This document shows, piece by piece, positions 41,480 to 51,916 of a stretch of 64,000 nt of DNA. The DNA comes from Candidatus Dormiibacterota bacterium (GTDB lineage Bacteria > Chloroflexota > Dormibacteria > Aeolococcales > Aeolococcaceae), in contig CAVZPR010000002.1 in the NCBI GenBank assembly GCA_963777285.1, forward strand, positions 338,733 to 402,732, in the 5' to 3' direction. The notes under the pieces are model-generated. The model saw only the letters and a list, made by a program, of their open reading frames with translations, ran no database searches and was not told the origin of the DNA. The translations under genes were made by a program, and so were the position numbers. The stretch's first letter is position 1, and every line of letters begins with the position of its first letter.

Positions 41480-43388
41480 TTATGCAGACCTGGCCGGGGT
41501 CACGGGCTTGGCGCTGCGTGCGGTGAGGCCGCGCACCCCGATCGTCCGGTGCCGGGCCCGCTCGATGTTCACCGCGGCGCCCACCAGCGCCAGGTGGGTG
41601 AACGCCTGCGGAAAGTTGCCCAGCAGCTCCCCGCTCCTCGTGTCCACCTCCTCGGAGAACAGGTGCAGCGGGGAGCCGAACGCCAGCAGGCGTTCGAAGC
41701 GGCGCTGCGCCGCCTCGAGGTCGCCGACGTGCGCCAGCGCGTCCGCCAGCCAGAACGACGTCATGAAGAACGCGCCTTCATCGCCGCCGAGCCCGTCCTC
41801 CAACTCCTCGGTGCGGTAGCGGCGCACCAGGACGCCCTCCCCCAGCCGTCGCTCGATGGCGCGGATCGTGCTCAGGATCCTCGGGTCGCGGTCGGGAAGG
41901 AAGCGGACCTGCGAGATGCGCAACACCGCCGAATCCAGCGCGTCGCTGCCGAAGGACTGCGCAAACGCGCGCCGTCGCGGCGACCAGGCCTCGGCGGTGA
42001 TGCGCCGGTGGATGGCGCGACGCGCGGCCTTCCAGCGAGCCGCGGGGTGCGGATGGCGGAATCGCGTGGCGATGCGCAGGCCGCGATCCACCGCGACCCA
42101 GCACATGAGCTTGCTGTACGTGTAGTGCAGCCGCTGGCTGCGCACCTCCCAGATCGAGGAGTCGGGCTCCTGCCAGCGGTCGATCGCCAGCTCGACGATG
42201 GCGTGCAGCTCCTTCCACAGCTCGCCCGAGATGCTGCCGCCGAACCGCGCGTACACGTACGCGCTGTCGAGCACCTCGCCGTACACGTCGAGCTGCAGCT
42301 GACGCACCGCGCCGTTGCCGACCCGCACCGGACGCGAGTGACGGTACCCGTCGAGGTGGGGCAGCTCGATCTCGTCGACGTGCGCGTGGCCGCTGAGGTC
42401 GAACAGGTTGGGGACGCTGCGGTTGCGCTCCGCCAGGTGACGGTGCGCCAGCCAGTGGAAGAAGGCCTCCGCCTCCTCTTTCAATCCCAGCTGGAAGAAG
42501 GCGAACAGGGTGAACGAGGCGTCGCGGAGCCAGGTGAAGCGGTAGTCCCAGTTGCGGTCGCCGCCGATGAACTCGGGGAGGCTGGTGGTCGGCGCCGCGA
42601 CGATCGCGCCCGTCGGGGCGTAGGTCATCAGCTTCAGGCTCAGCGCGGAGCGATACACGTGCTGCCGGTACGGGCCGTCGTAGGTGCACTGCGCGATCCA
42701 CCGCCACCAGTACTCCTGGCTGGCGCGCAGCAGCGCGCGGGCGCGTTCTACGGACCAGCGCATGGCCCCGCTGCGCCCGGGTTTGCCGGCGCGCAGCGCG
42801 AACGCCACCGTCTGCCCCACGCTCAACTCGAACGTCGCGTCAAAGCTGTCGATGTCGACGCTGGAGGCGAGACGGAGGTGCATCGACGCCGCCTCGCAGT
42901 GGATGTGGCGGCGGTGCACCACGCTCGCGGCCTCCACGCGCGCGTAGTCCGGCGCGGGGTGAAACGCCTGACGCATCGTCACCTTCCCGGCGAGGCACTC
43001 GACGATGCGGATGACGCGCGGCTCGCTGTGCAGACGGGCATGCTGCTTGATGTCGTGCTCGTCCACCGGCATGAAGTCGGTCACCGCGACAACGCCCGAC
43101 TCCGTCGAGTGCACCGTGTCGAGGATGTTGGTCAGGTCGCGATAGCGCTGGTGCGAGCGGTGCGGCGTGGTGGGCGCGATCTGCCAGTAGCCGCCGTTGT
43201 TGGCGTCGAGCAGGCGCCCGAACAGCGACTCGTCGTCGAATCGCGGCAGGCAGAGCCAGTCGATGCTGCCGTCGGCGCCGACCAGGGCCGCGGTGCGGCA
43301 GTCGCCGATGAGCCCGTATGCGGCGATGGGGAGGTAGCCGTCGGCGTCGCGCAGATGGCCGCCGCCGCCGGGCTCATCGAAGCTAATA
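41480..43388 (-). CDS. glycoside hydrolase family 15 (glucoamylase/trehalase-like)
   Basis: N-domain YLPIAAYGLIGDCRTAALVGADGSIDWLCLPRFD, (alpha/alpha)6 catalytic domain with EGAFFMTSFWLADAL; start uncertain, no canonical start codon near conserved N-terminus. Confidence 0.7.
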
Positions 43389-44252
43389 CTCGTCCTCCGG
43401 GCGGCCGCCCTCGTCGTCGTCGCCGGCGGATTCCTCGCCGGCCTCGGCCTGGAAGGTCGACATCCCCATCTCTTCGAGGTCCTCGCCGTCGGACGCCGTG
43501 TCCGGGGTGTACGGCTCGTCGTCCTCCCCGGCCTCCTGATCCTCGTCGATGCCGCGGGCGGCGAGCAGTGAGTCCTTCGCGTAGGGGCGGAACTCATCGC
43601 GCCGGGCCGTCTTGGTGAGCGGGAACGACGCCTTGCCCACGTTCTCCGGTGCCTGGAAGACCTCGCGGATCATGATCTCGATCTGGTCCTCCTCCACCCG
43701 GGCGACGGCCGCGGAGTAGCGGTTGCCGCTCTCCATCAGCGGCAGCAGGCGCCGGGCCAGCTTCGGCTCGACCTCGCCGAGGACGACGCCCCGGGCCGTC
43801 GCCGCGGTCAGCTGGCCGTCCTGGCGGCGGATCTCGACCGCGTCACCCGGCGCAACCTTCACGGTCAGCGCCTCGGCGGGTGGGCTCAGCACCGTGCTGC
43901 CGCTCTTGCCCGGCTCCTCGGTGAAGACATCGACGTCGATCGCCTGCGCGGCGCCGGTCAGCGTCTCCTTGCTCTCCAGCATGGTCGACAGCTTGCGCAT
44001 GTTCTTCTGCGCGATGAGGTTCAGGGGGTTCAGCTGCAGCGTCGCCTTGTACGCCTCCAGCGCCTCTTGGAGCCGCCCCAGCTCGGTGAGCGCCTTGCCC
44101 ATGCGGTTGTTGGTCTCCTCGTCGGTGCCGTGACGCTCGGCGAGCGCCTGGTTGACCGCCAGCGCTTCCTGCCAGCGGCTCTCGAGCGCCGCCTGGATGG
44201 CTTCGTCGACGTAGATGCTGCGCGGCTTGACGCGTTCTTCAGCCAACCTCAT
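43383..44252 (-). CDS. TPR-containing protein with long acidic C-terminal tail, unknown function
   Basis: TPR-like LGRLQEALEAYKATLQLNPLN; ~60-aa D/E-rich tail; ATG 44252 (alt. TTG 44300). Confidence 0.5.
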   Translation of the reverse strand: MRLAEERVKPRSIYVDEAIQAALESRWQEALAVNQALAERHGTDEETNNRMGKALTELGRLQEALEAYKATLQLNPLNLIAQKNMRKLSTMLESKETLTGAAQAIDVDVFTEEPGKSGSTVLSPPAEALTVKVAPGDAVEIRRQDGQLTAATARGVVLGEVEPKLARRLLPLMESGNRYSAAVARVEEDQIEIMIREVFQAPENVGKASFPLTKTARRDEFRPYAKDSLLAARGIDEDQEAGEDDEPYTPDTASDGEDLEEMGMSTFQAEAGEESAGDDDEGGRPEDEY

Positions 44253-44391
44253 ACCTCTCTGGAGCCTCGGGGCGACTGCCGTCGCTGCTGCCGCATGCAA
44301 CGTTTGGGGAGAGCGACAGGGTTCGCTATGATACCGGCTCAGTGCAGCGCGTCTGCCACATCCACTCTCTCATCGAGGCCTCACAACGTTC

Positions 44392-45225
44392 ATGACGCGC
44401 GTAATCTCGATTGCCAATCAGAAAGGCGGCGTCGGCAAGACCACCACAGCAGTCAACCTCGCCGCCGCGCTCGCCGAGGCCGGCAAGAAGGTGCTTGCCG
44501 TCGACCTCGATCCGCAGGGCCACCTCACCATCAACATGGGGTACCGCAGGCCCGACGAGCTGGAGCGCACGGTCTACGACCTGCTCGTCGACCACCGCAT
44601 CCAGGCGCAGGAGATACGGCTCCATTCGGAACACATCAAGCTGGACTTCCTGCCCGCGAACATCGAGCTGAGCGGCGCCGAGTTGCAGCTCGTCACCGAG
44701 TTCGGACGCGAGTCGGTGTTCAAGGAGAAGCTCGAGCCGATCGTCGACGAGTACGAGTTCGTGGTCATCGATTGCCCACCGCAACTGGGGCTCCTCACCA
44801 TCAACGCTCTGGTCGCTTCCACCGAGGTGATCATTCCGCTGCAGTGCGAGTACTTCGGCATGAAGGGCATGCAGCAGCTGCACCGCACCATCGACCGGGT
44901 GCGCGCCAAGCTCAACAACAAGCTGCAGGTGGGGGGCATACTGCCCACCATCTACAAGTCGCGCACGCTGCACAGCCAGGAGGTGCTCGAGCTGGTGAAG
45001 CGCGCATACGGCGACCTCGTCTTCGAGATGCGCGTCGACGCATCGATCCGCTTCGCGGAGACTCCTCTCGCAGGACAGTCGATTCTGCAGTACGCGCCCA
45101 ACTCCGCCGGCGCTCGCTCCTACCGCGAGCTCGCCAAAGCCGTGCTGGCGCAAGAGGAACCGCGCGCCGAGCTGGCCGGGCACGCCGAGCGTACGCGTGA
45201 GAAGGTGCACGCAGCGAAGGCGTGA
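44392..45225 (+). CDS. ParA/Soj-family ATPase (orphan; no ParB in window)
   Basis: Deviant Walker A KGGVGKTT, 277 aa. Confidence 0.85.
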   Translation: MTRVISIANQKGGVGKTTTAVNLAAALAEAGKKVLAVDLDPQGHLTINMGYRRPDELERTVYDLLVDHRIQAQEIRLHSEHIKLDFLPANIELSGAELQLVTEFGRESVFKEKLEPIVDEYEFVVIDCPPQLGLLTINALVASTEVIIPLQCEYFGMKGMQQLHRTIDRVRAKLNNKLQVGGILPTIYKSRTLHSQEVLELVKRAYGDLVFEMRVDASIRFAETPLAGQSILQYAPNSAGARSYRELAKAVLAQEEPRAELAGHAERTREKVHAAKA

Positions 45226-45524
45226 TGCGCGGTTTTCGCCGCGCGCAGCTGCGCGGCTCCGACGAGCTGTTCCGGCCCACCGAGGGCGAGGAGACAGGCA
45301 AGCAGAACTCGACGCCCGTGCTCGACGAGCCTCCTGCCGTCACGGCGGTGCCGTCGATCCCGCCGCACGACGTGCGCTCGCTGCGACTCTCGGAGGACGA
45401 GATCGCCGTGCTCGCTGACGCGCTGCAGCACATGAAGTTCCCGCAAAAATCGTCGAATCGGCCGTCCGTCGACGACTTCGAGAAGCTCGAAACTCTGCGA
45501 CAGAAGCTGCTCGACGCGCTGTAG
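45225..45524 (+). CDS. small hypothetical protein translationally coupled to ParA (TGATG overlap)
   Basis: 99 aa; disordered N-half, helical C-half; high GC3. Confidence 0.45.
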   Translation: MRGFRRAQLRGSDELFRPTEGEETGKQNSTPVLDEPPAVTAVPSIPPHDVRSLRLSEDEIAVLADALQHMKFPQKSSNRPSVDDFEKLETLRQKLLDAL

Positions 45525-45546
45525 CCGGGCTGACTGCGAGGTCATC

Positions 45547-45569
45547 GCAGGGCGGGCCGGCCGCCCTGC
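45547..45569. terminator. hairpin GCAGGGCGG-gccgg-CCGCCCTGC between convergent genes
   Basis: 9-bp perfect stem between stop 45524 (+) and stop 45606 (-). Confidence 0.4.
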
Positions 45570-45605
45570 AATGCAACAGAAGTCAGCTGGTGGCGCGGCG
45601 AGCAG

Positions 45606-47438
45606 CTATCCCCGCGAATAGAGCTTCTCGATGTCGCCGGCGTACTTCTCCGCGACGATCTTGCGCTTCACCTTCAGCGTGGGCGTCAGCTCGTCGCCGA
45701 CCTCGAAGTCGTGCGCCAGGATCGTCCACTTCTTCACCTGTTCGACGTGCGCGAGCTGACGGTTCACCGTCTCGACGTGGTCGCGGATCCGCTGCTGCAC
45801 CGCATCGTTCGTCGCCAGCTGGTCTAGGTCGTGGGGCAAGCCCTGCGCGGCGGCGAAGCCGCGAGCTTCGTCGGGGTCCAGGGTGATGAGCGCGCTCACG
45901 AAGGGACGGCGGTCGCCGATTGCCACGGCGTGCCCCACGAGCTGGTCCTGCTGCAGGAGCTGCTCGATGTTGCTCGGCGAGATGTTCTTGCCGCCCGCGG
46001 TGATGATCAGATCCTTCTTGCGGTCGGTGATGCGCAGGAAGCCGTCGGCGTCGAACTCGCCGACGTCGCCGGTGTGCAGCCAGCCGTCGGCGAGCGCTTC
46101 ACGCGTGGCGTCGTCCTCCTTGTAGTAGCCGGGGAAGACGACGGGCCCGCGCACCAGGATCTCGCCGTCGCCGGCGAGCTTCACCTCGTTGCCGCGGAGC
46201 GCGGGTCCCACCGTGCCCAGGCGCGCCTTGCCGGGGCGGTTCATCGTCGTGCAGCCGGTGTCCTCGGTCTGGCCGTACACCTCGAGTATCTCGAGTCCGA
46301 AGGAGGCGAAGAAGCGCAGCACGTCCGGCGCGATCGGCGCGGCGCCGCTGGCCAGGATCGTCGCCTCGTCGAGCCCCACCTGATGCCGCAGCTTGCTGAG
46401 CACGAGCCGCTGCGCCAACCGCAACGCGCGCCCACCCTCGGGCAGGCTGAGTGCGCCGTCGCGCAGCGATCGCTCGCCGGTGCGCAGCGCCCAGCGCGCC
46501 AGCGCACGCCGTGGCATGGGCAGCGCCGCGACTCCCTTCTGCACCTGCGCCGCCATCTTCTCCCAGATGCGCGGCACGGCGAAGAAGGCTGTGGGCCGCA
46601 CCTCGCGCATCCGCTCGCCGAGGTGCTCGAGCCCGTCCAAGAAGTAGACGGAGTTGCCGTGGAAGTACGAGCGGAACTCCGTGGAGAGGCGCTCCGCGAT
46701 GTGCGCCAAGGGCAGGTAGCTGATGAACCGATCCTCGGGACCGGTGTGCACGAACTCGTCCAGCGCGTCGATGGCGGCTGCGACGTTGGCGTGCGTGAGC
46801 TGCACCGCCTTCGGCGGGCCGGTGGTGCCGCTCGTGTAGATGAGCGTGGCTATGTCGTCAGGCGACACCGCGGCGCGGCGCCTCTTCATCTCTTCGGCGC
46901 GCCCGCGAACAACGGGCTCGCCACGCTGCAGCGCAGCCTGCCACGAGATCACGAAACCGTCGTGCAACTCAGCGGCGGAGGCGTCGACGGCCACGACGCG
47001 CCGCAGCGCGGGAAGGTCATCGCGCACCTGCAGCACGAGGTCCCGCAACCGCTCGTTCTCCACCACGACAACGCGTGCTTCGGAGTGCCCAAGCACGTAC
47101 GCGGCCTGCTCGGCGCTCAGCGTGAGGTACACCGGGACGGGACGGCAGCGCGCGCTGAGCACGCCCGCGTCGGCGATGTGCCACTCCGGGCGGTTGCCGG
47201 ACCAGATCGCGACGTGCTCCTGCTCCGCGACCCCTTCCTGCATCAGGTACCCGATCCAGCGTTCTGCAGCACGGCCGAAGTCGGCCCAGGTCACGGCCGC
47301 GTAGCGATCCCCCACGCGGAAGTGGAGTGCGGGCGCGGCACCCAGCTCGCGCACCTGTCGCTGGAAGGCCGAGACCAGTGTTTCGCGTGCTGCAGAAGCA
47401 GTGGTTGCCGCGTCTGTGCCTGCCGCCTGTGCCGTCAT
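45606..47438 (-). CDS. fadD: long-chain-fatty-acid--CoA ligase (AMP-dependent synthetase)
   Basis: AMP-binding motif YTSGTTGPPKAV; 610 aa. Confidence 0.85.
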   Translation of the reverse strand: MTAQAAGTDAATTASAARETLVSAFQRQVRELGAAPALHFRVGDRYAAVTWADFGRAAERWIGYLMQEGVAEQEHVAIWSGNRPEWHIADAGVLSARCRPVPVYLTLSAEQAAYVLGHSEARVVVVENERLRDLVLQVRDDLPALRRVVAVDASAAELHDGFVISWQAALQRGEPVVRGRAEEMKRRRAAVSPDDIATLIYTSGTTGPPKAVQLTHANVAAAIDALDEFVHTGPEDRFISYLPLAHIAERLSTEFRSYFHGNSVYFLDGLEHLGERMREVRPTAFFAVPRIWEKMAAQVQKGVAALPMPRRALARWALRTGERSLRDGALSLPEGGRALRLAQRLVLSKLRHQVGLDEATILASGAAPIAPDVLRFFASFGLEILEVYGQTEDTGCTTMNRPGKARLGTVGPALRGNEVKLAGDGEILVRGPVVFPGYYKEDDATREALADGWLHTGDVGEFDADGFLRITDRKKDLIITAGGKNISPSNIEQLLQQDQLVGHAVAIGDRRPFVSALITLDPDEARGFAAAQGLPHDLDQLATNDAVQQRIRDHVETVNRQLAHVEQVKKWTILAHDFEVGDELTPTLKVKRKIVAEKYAGDIEKLYSRG

Positions 47439-47514
47439 GGGTCTCGTGAGGATGCCACAAACGCAACCTGGCCGCGGTGATGATGCGGCTTCACTCTGCT
47501 AGCGTTTCGTCGCT

Positions 47515-47802
47515 ATGGTGGTCGGCACGCTCATGGTGACGCTGCAGGTACCCGAGAGCGGGTCTCTCAAGGACAAGCGGCAGGTGGTCAGATCGCTGAC
47601 CGCGCGCATCCGGCAGACTTTCAATGTGGCGGTCGCCGAGGTCGGCGACCAGAACCTCTGGCAGTCGGCGGTCATCGGCATCGCCTGCGTGAGCGGCGAC
47701 GGACGCCACGCCGACGAGATGTGCCAGAAGGTGCTGCGCTTCGTCGACGAGCACGGTGACGCGCTGGTGCTCGGCTCGCGTTTCGAGCTGGTGCATGTCT
47801 GA
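47515..47802 (+). CDS. DUF503-family protein
   Basis: MVVGTLMVTLQVPESGSLKDKRQVVRSL...FNVAVAEVGDQNLWQSAVIGIACVS matches DUF503 consensus. Confidence 0.7.
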   Translation: MVVGTLMVTLQVPESGSLKDKRQVVRSLTARIRQTFNVAVAEVGDQNLWQSAVIGIACVSGDGRHADEMCQKVLRFVDEHGDALVLGSRFELVHV

Positions 47803-47835
47803 TCCCGCCGCGTCACGGCACACCGCTGCGGCGGC

Positions 47836-50247
47836 GTGACCGAGGAGCTGCTCGCCGCCTACGAGGCCACGCTGCCGTTCAGGCTGGACACGTTCCAACG
47901 CGAGGCGATCGCCAAGCTGGAGCGCTCGCGGGGCGTGCTGGTGAGCGCGCCGACCTCGAGCGGCAAGACGATGGTCGCCGAGTACCTGGTGTGGCGCAGG
48001 CTGAGCGCGCCGCGTCCACTGCGGCGTCCGGTGGGTTCACCGGCGGACGTGGTGTACACGACGCCGCTGAAGGCGCTGAGCAACCAGAAGTTCCGCGACC
48101 TCTGCGACCGCTATGGCGAGTCGAATGTCGGCTTGATCACAGGCGAGCACACCATCAACGACGGGGCGCCCGTGGTCGTGATGACCACCGAGATCCTGCG
48201 CAACGTCTTGTACGACGAGCCGGCGCGGGTCGACCGCGTCGGCGACGTGGTGCTCGACGAGATCCACTACATCGACGACCTTCCCCGCGGGACGGTGTGG
48301 GAGGAGGTGATCATCGAGGCGCCGGCGCACATCCGGCTGACGGGACTCAGCGCCACCATCGGCAACGTCGACGAGATTGCGGCGTGGATGGCCTCACTGC
48401 GCGGCCCCATAGAAACGGTGAAGCGCACGGAGCGGCCGGTGGCCCTGGAGATGTGGCTCGCGATCGACAACGCGCTGCATCCGCTTTTCGACGCACACGG
48501 CAGCGCGGCGCGGCGCACGCTCGAGCTGGCCCAGGCTGATCCCATGACGGACGCGCGCTGGCGCTACGCGAGGCGCGCGCCCGAGAACGACCTGCTGCAC
48601 ATCCTCGAGGAGCTGCGCCGCCGCGCCATGATGCCGGCGATCTACTTCATCTTCTCGCGGCGCGGCTGCCGTGAGGCTCTGGCGCGCTGCGACCTGCACG
48701 GCGTCGACCTGACCACCGCGGCAGAGAAGGCGGCGATCGACGCCGCGCTGCAGCAGCGCCTCGCCGCGGTCGGGGATGCGGATGAGCGGCGGGTCGTGGC
48801 CGCCGCGCTCGACGCGCGCCTCACGCGCCGCGGCGTGGCCATGCACCACGCGGGGATGCTCCCCTACGTCAAGGAGACGGTGGAGCGCCTCTTCCAGCAG
48901 GGCATGATCAAGGCCGTCTTCGCCACGGAGACGCTCTCGCTGGGCCTGAACATGCCGGCGCGGTCCTGCGTCATCTCCACGTTCACCAAGTTCGACGGCA
49001 CCTCGTTCGCGCCTCTCACCAGCGGCGAGCTGACGCAGCTGATGGGACGCGCCGGACGGCGCGGCATCGACACCGTCGGCCACGGCGTGATCCTGAAAGA
49101 GAGCGACGTCGACGTCCGCGACATCTACGACGCGGCGATCTCCGGAGAGTTCTCCGTCGACTCGAAGTTCGCACCGACGTACGCCATGGTGCTCAGCCTG
49201 CTGCGCACGCGCAGCGCGGCGGCGGCGGAAGAGCTGCTGCAACGCTCCTTCGGGCAATACCAGACGACGCGTCGCCTCGACCACTGGGAGCATCGCCGAG
49301 GCAACCTCGAGGAGCGGCTCGCCGACCTGCGCCGGCAGACGTACCGCCACCCCCGCGTTCCCTGCACCGAGCGGACGCTGACCCAGTTCCTGCGCGCGGG
49401 CGCCGAGGTCACCGAGCTGCAGGCGGAGATCCGGCGCGCACGGCGCTCGCACTGGCAGGACCGGCGGCGCGGCCGCTACGGACGCGGCGGGGCCGACCCG
49501 GGACAACGCTACGAGGCGCTGCGGCGGAAGCTCAAGACGGCGCAGCGGCGCGTCGCCGAGACGCCATGCCCCCACTGCCCGTTGCTCACCGAGCACCGCG
49601 CTCACCGCCAGCAGACCGCCGACATCGAAGCGACCCTGGCCGGCGGCGAGGCTGAGCTCGAGTCCGCCAGCCACCGCTACATCCGTGAGTTCCGCGCGCT
49701 GCGTGCCGTGCTGCGTGAGACAGGCTTCCTCGAGGGCGATTCGCCCACGGAGCTGGGGCAGCTCGCCGAGTCGCTGTTCGGCGAAAGTGCCCTGCTGATC
49801 GCGCTGGCGATCGGAGACGGGACGTTCGAGGATCTGCAGCCGGCGGATCTGGCGGCGACGCTGGTGATGCTGGTCGCCGAGGACAGAGGCCGTGACCGGC
49901 CGCGTCCGCAGCGGCGCCGCTTCCCCTCGGCGGCGGTGGACCGCAACCAGCGCGTGCTGCGCCGCGAGTTGGCGCGCCTCGCCGAGGTGGAGCACGATCA
50001 TGGCCTGGCCACGCTGCGGCCGCTCTCCTTCGACTTCATCGACGCGACGTACGCGTGGACGTCCGGCGTCGAGCTCTCGGACATCGAGCCACCTGGTGGC
50101 ACGGATCTCGGCGACGTGGTGAAGGCGATCAAGAACGTCTACTCGCTGCTGCGCCAGATGGAGCAGGCGTTGCGCGGCCATCCACTGCTGCCGCTGGTTC
50201 GCGAGACGCGCGAGCGCACGGAGCGCGACCTGATACGCAGGGTGTGA
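47836..50247 (+). CDS. Ski2-like DEAD/DEAH-box helicase (HelY-like)
   Basis: Walker A APTSSGKT, DEIH box VLDEIHYIDD, helicase C motifs; 803 aa. Confidence 0.85.
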   Translation: MTEELLAAYEATLPFRLDTFQREAIAKLERSRGVLVSAPTSSGKTMVAEYLVWRRLSAPRPLRRPVGSPADVVYTTPLKALSNQKFRDLCDRYGESNVGLITGEHTINDGAPVVVMTTEILRNVLYDEPARVDRVGDVVLDEIHYIDDLPRGTVWEEVIIEAPAHIRLTGLSATIGNVDEIAAWMASLRGPIETVKRTERPVALEMWLAIDNALHPLFDAHGSAARRTLELAQADPMTDARWRYARRAPENDLLHILEELRRRAMMPAIYFIFSRRGCREALARCDLHGVDLTTAAEKAAIDAALQQRLAAVGDADERRVVAAALDARLTRRGVAMHHAGMLPYVKETVERLFQQGMIKAVFATETLSLGLNMPARSCVISTFTKFDGTSFAPLTSGELTQLMGRAGRRGIDTVGHGVILKESDVDVRDIYDAAISGEFSVDSKFAPTYAMVLSLLRTRSAAAAEELLQRSFGQYQTTRRLDHWEHRRGNLEERLADLRRQTYRHPRVPCTERTLTQFLRAGAEVTELQAEIRRARRSHWQDRRRGRYGRGGADPGQRYEALRRKLKTAQRRVAETPCPHCPLLTEHRAHRQQTADIEATLAGGEAELESASHRYIREFRALRAVLRETGFLEGDSPTELGQLAESLFGESALLIALAIGDGTFEDLQPADLAATLVMLVAEDRGRDRPRPQRRRFPSAAVDRNQRVLRRELARLAEVEHDHGLATLRPLSFDFIDATYAWTSGVELSDIEPPGGTDLGDVVKAIKNVYSLLRQMEQALRGHPLLPLVRETRERTERDLIRRV

Positions 50248-50289
50248 TTCCCGCGCCGGTCGCCGCCGCCGCCGTGGCATAGTCAGGGC

Positions 50290-51201
50290 ATGTACCACGC
50301 GATCGCCGCGAACCGGCGCAAGAGTGTGCTCGTGATCGTGCTCTTCTTCCTGTTCTGGATCGCCGCGGGCTACGGGATCGGTTACCTGGCCGGCTCCACG
50401 GGCGGCGCGATCAGCGGCGCGATCATCGCCGGCATCCTGGCGCTGCTGGCGGTGCTCTGGGCGCTGACGATGGGGCAGCTCACAGTGCTCGCCGTGTCGG
50501 GAGCGCACCCGATCAGCCAGCAGCAGTATCCGCAGCTGTACGACATCGTTTCGACCCTCACCATCGGCGCCGGGCTGCCGATGCCGAAGATCTACGTTAT
50601 CGACGACCCCTCACCGAACGCGTTCGCCACCGGGCTGCATCCCAAGAACGCAGCCATCACGGTCACCTCTGGGCTACTGCGCATCATGAACCGCGAGGAA
50701 CTCGAGGGCGTGCTCGCGCACGAGATGAGCCACATCCGCAACTACGACGTGCGCCTGGTGCTCATCGTGGGCACGGTGGTGGCGCTGGCCGGCCTTCTCG
50801 CCAGCCTGATGTGGCGCACGCTCTTCTTCACCCGCGTGGGCAACAGCCGCGACGGTGGCTACGCGATCATCATCCTCATCGGCGCGGCGGCGGTGCTTTC
50901 GATCATCGCGGTGCTGGTGGGGCCGATCATGCAGTTCTCGCTGTCACGTTCGCGCGAGTCCCTGGCAGACGCGAGCAGCGTGGAGCTGACGCGCAACCCG
51001 GTGGGGCTCCTGCACGCGCTGCAGAAGATCGCGCAGAACGACAAGCCGTTCGCCAAGATGACGCACGTGACTGCCGCGATGTGCATCGACAATCCGCTGG
51101 AGCATCACTCGGGCTGGTACCACCACCTCTTCGACACACATCCGCCGATCGAGGAGCGCATCGCTGCCCTCGAGCGGATGCTCAACGTCCAGCAGACGTA
51201 A
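50290..51201 (+). CDS. htpX: M48 zinc metalloprotease HtpX
   Basis: HEMSHIRNYD zinc site, 4 TM. Confidence 0.85.
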   Translation: MYHAIAANRRKSVLVIVLFFLFWIAAGYGIGYLAGSTGGAISGAIIAGILALLAVLWALTMGQLTVLAVSGAHPISQQQYPQLYDIVSTLTIGAGLPMPKIYVIDDPSPNAFATGLHPKNAAITVTSGLLRIMNREELEGVLAHEMSHIRNYDVRLVLIVGTVVALAGLLASLMWRTLFFTRVGNSRDGGYAIIILIGAAAVLSIIAVLVGPIMQFSLSRSRESLADASSVELTRNPVGLLHALQKIAQNDKPFAKMTHVTAAMCIDNPLEHHSGWYHHLFDTHPPIEERIAALERMLNVQQT

Positions 51202-51316
51202 CGGGGCCCGCGGGTGGCGCGGAGTGGGCCGGTCTTGGTTTCGAGGGACAGGATGCCCGCGTGGACAGCCGTGCCGTCTCTTGTGCTGCGGCCGCGCAGA
51301 CCGTATTAGATTGGTC

Positions 51317-51799
51317 GGCATGCCAGCTCGGAGCACACGGCGTGAAGAACACGTGATCACCCACCGTACCGGCCTCGATGAGCTGCTGATCAAGGTCCAG
51401 CGACTGCACGGCCGTTCACTTCTTGGCGCGGCAGTAAGCTACGGCGACGAGTTGCATCTCGACCTCTACCGCCGTGGCGTCGGTGGCCGCGAGTACATCC
51501 TGGCTACTAGAGCCTCGCATTGGGAGCTGTGCACGGCTGAGGGCACTCTGATCGTCTCCGCTAACCAACCCAAGTCGACGTGGGTCGCACAGCTTGAGCG
51601 GGCCCTCCAATCGGATTGCATAACCGAGACCCGCATCTTGTTCCCGAGCCTTGGTCTCGAGGTGGCATTTGACGGTCTCCTATTCCGTTTGCTCCCGTCC
51701 TCCGACGACCAACTTGCTCGGTGGGAACTGACTGGACCTGGCGATCAGGAACTCGTGGTGGGGCCCGGAAGCCGGTGGTCTTGGGGTCCGGCAGCGTAG
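51317..51799 (+). CDS. hypothetical protein (island gene; lower GC)
   Basis: ORF in lower-GC DNA; start ambiguous (ATG 51317, alt. GTG upstream). Confidence 0.35.
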   Translation, partial: GMPARSTRREEHVITHRTGLDELLIKVQRLHGRSLLGAAVSYGDELHLDLYRRGVGGREYILATRASHWELCTAEGTLIVSANQPKSTWVAQLERALQSDCITETRILFPSLGLEVAFDGLLFRLLPSSDDQLARWELTGPGDQELVVGPGSRWSWGPAA

Positions 51800-51816
51800 T
51801 CACCACCACGTACTCA

Positions 51817-51842
51817 AGGGTGGTTTGCGGATGCTCGCCTGC
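51817..51842 (+). repeat. island repeat copy A (ggtggtttGCGGATGCTCGCCTGCG)
   Basis: Member of 9-copy direct-repeat family, core GCGGATGCTCGC. Confidence 0.5.
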
Positions 51843-51916
51843 GAGAGGAATCCGTGACCTGACGGGTACTGGAGCGCCACTGTTGAGCCACGAAAGTCTG
51901 CCCAATACTGTCCTCT

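Noticed and set aside
41549-43618. 689-aa plus-strand ORF antisense to GH15 gene
   Set aside because: Arg-rich antisense artefact; GH15 motifs are on the minus strand
51205-51320. tRNA/tmRNA gene as island integration site at htpX 3' end
   Set aside because: No cloverleaf-compatible sequence or GTTCGAATCC-type T-arm found at either island border within the window
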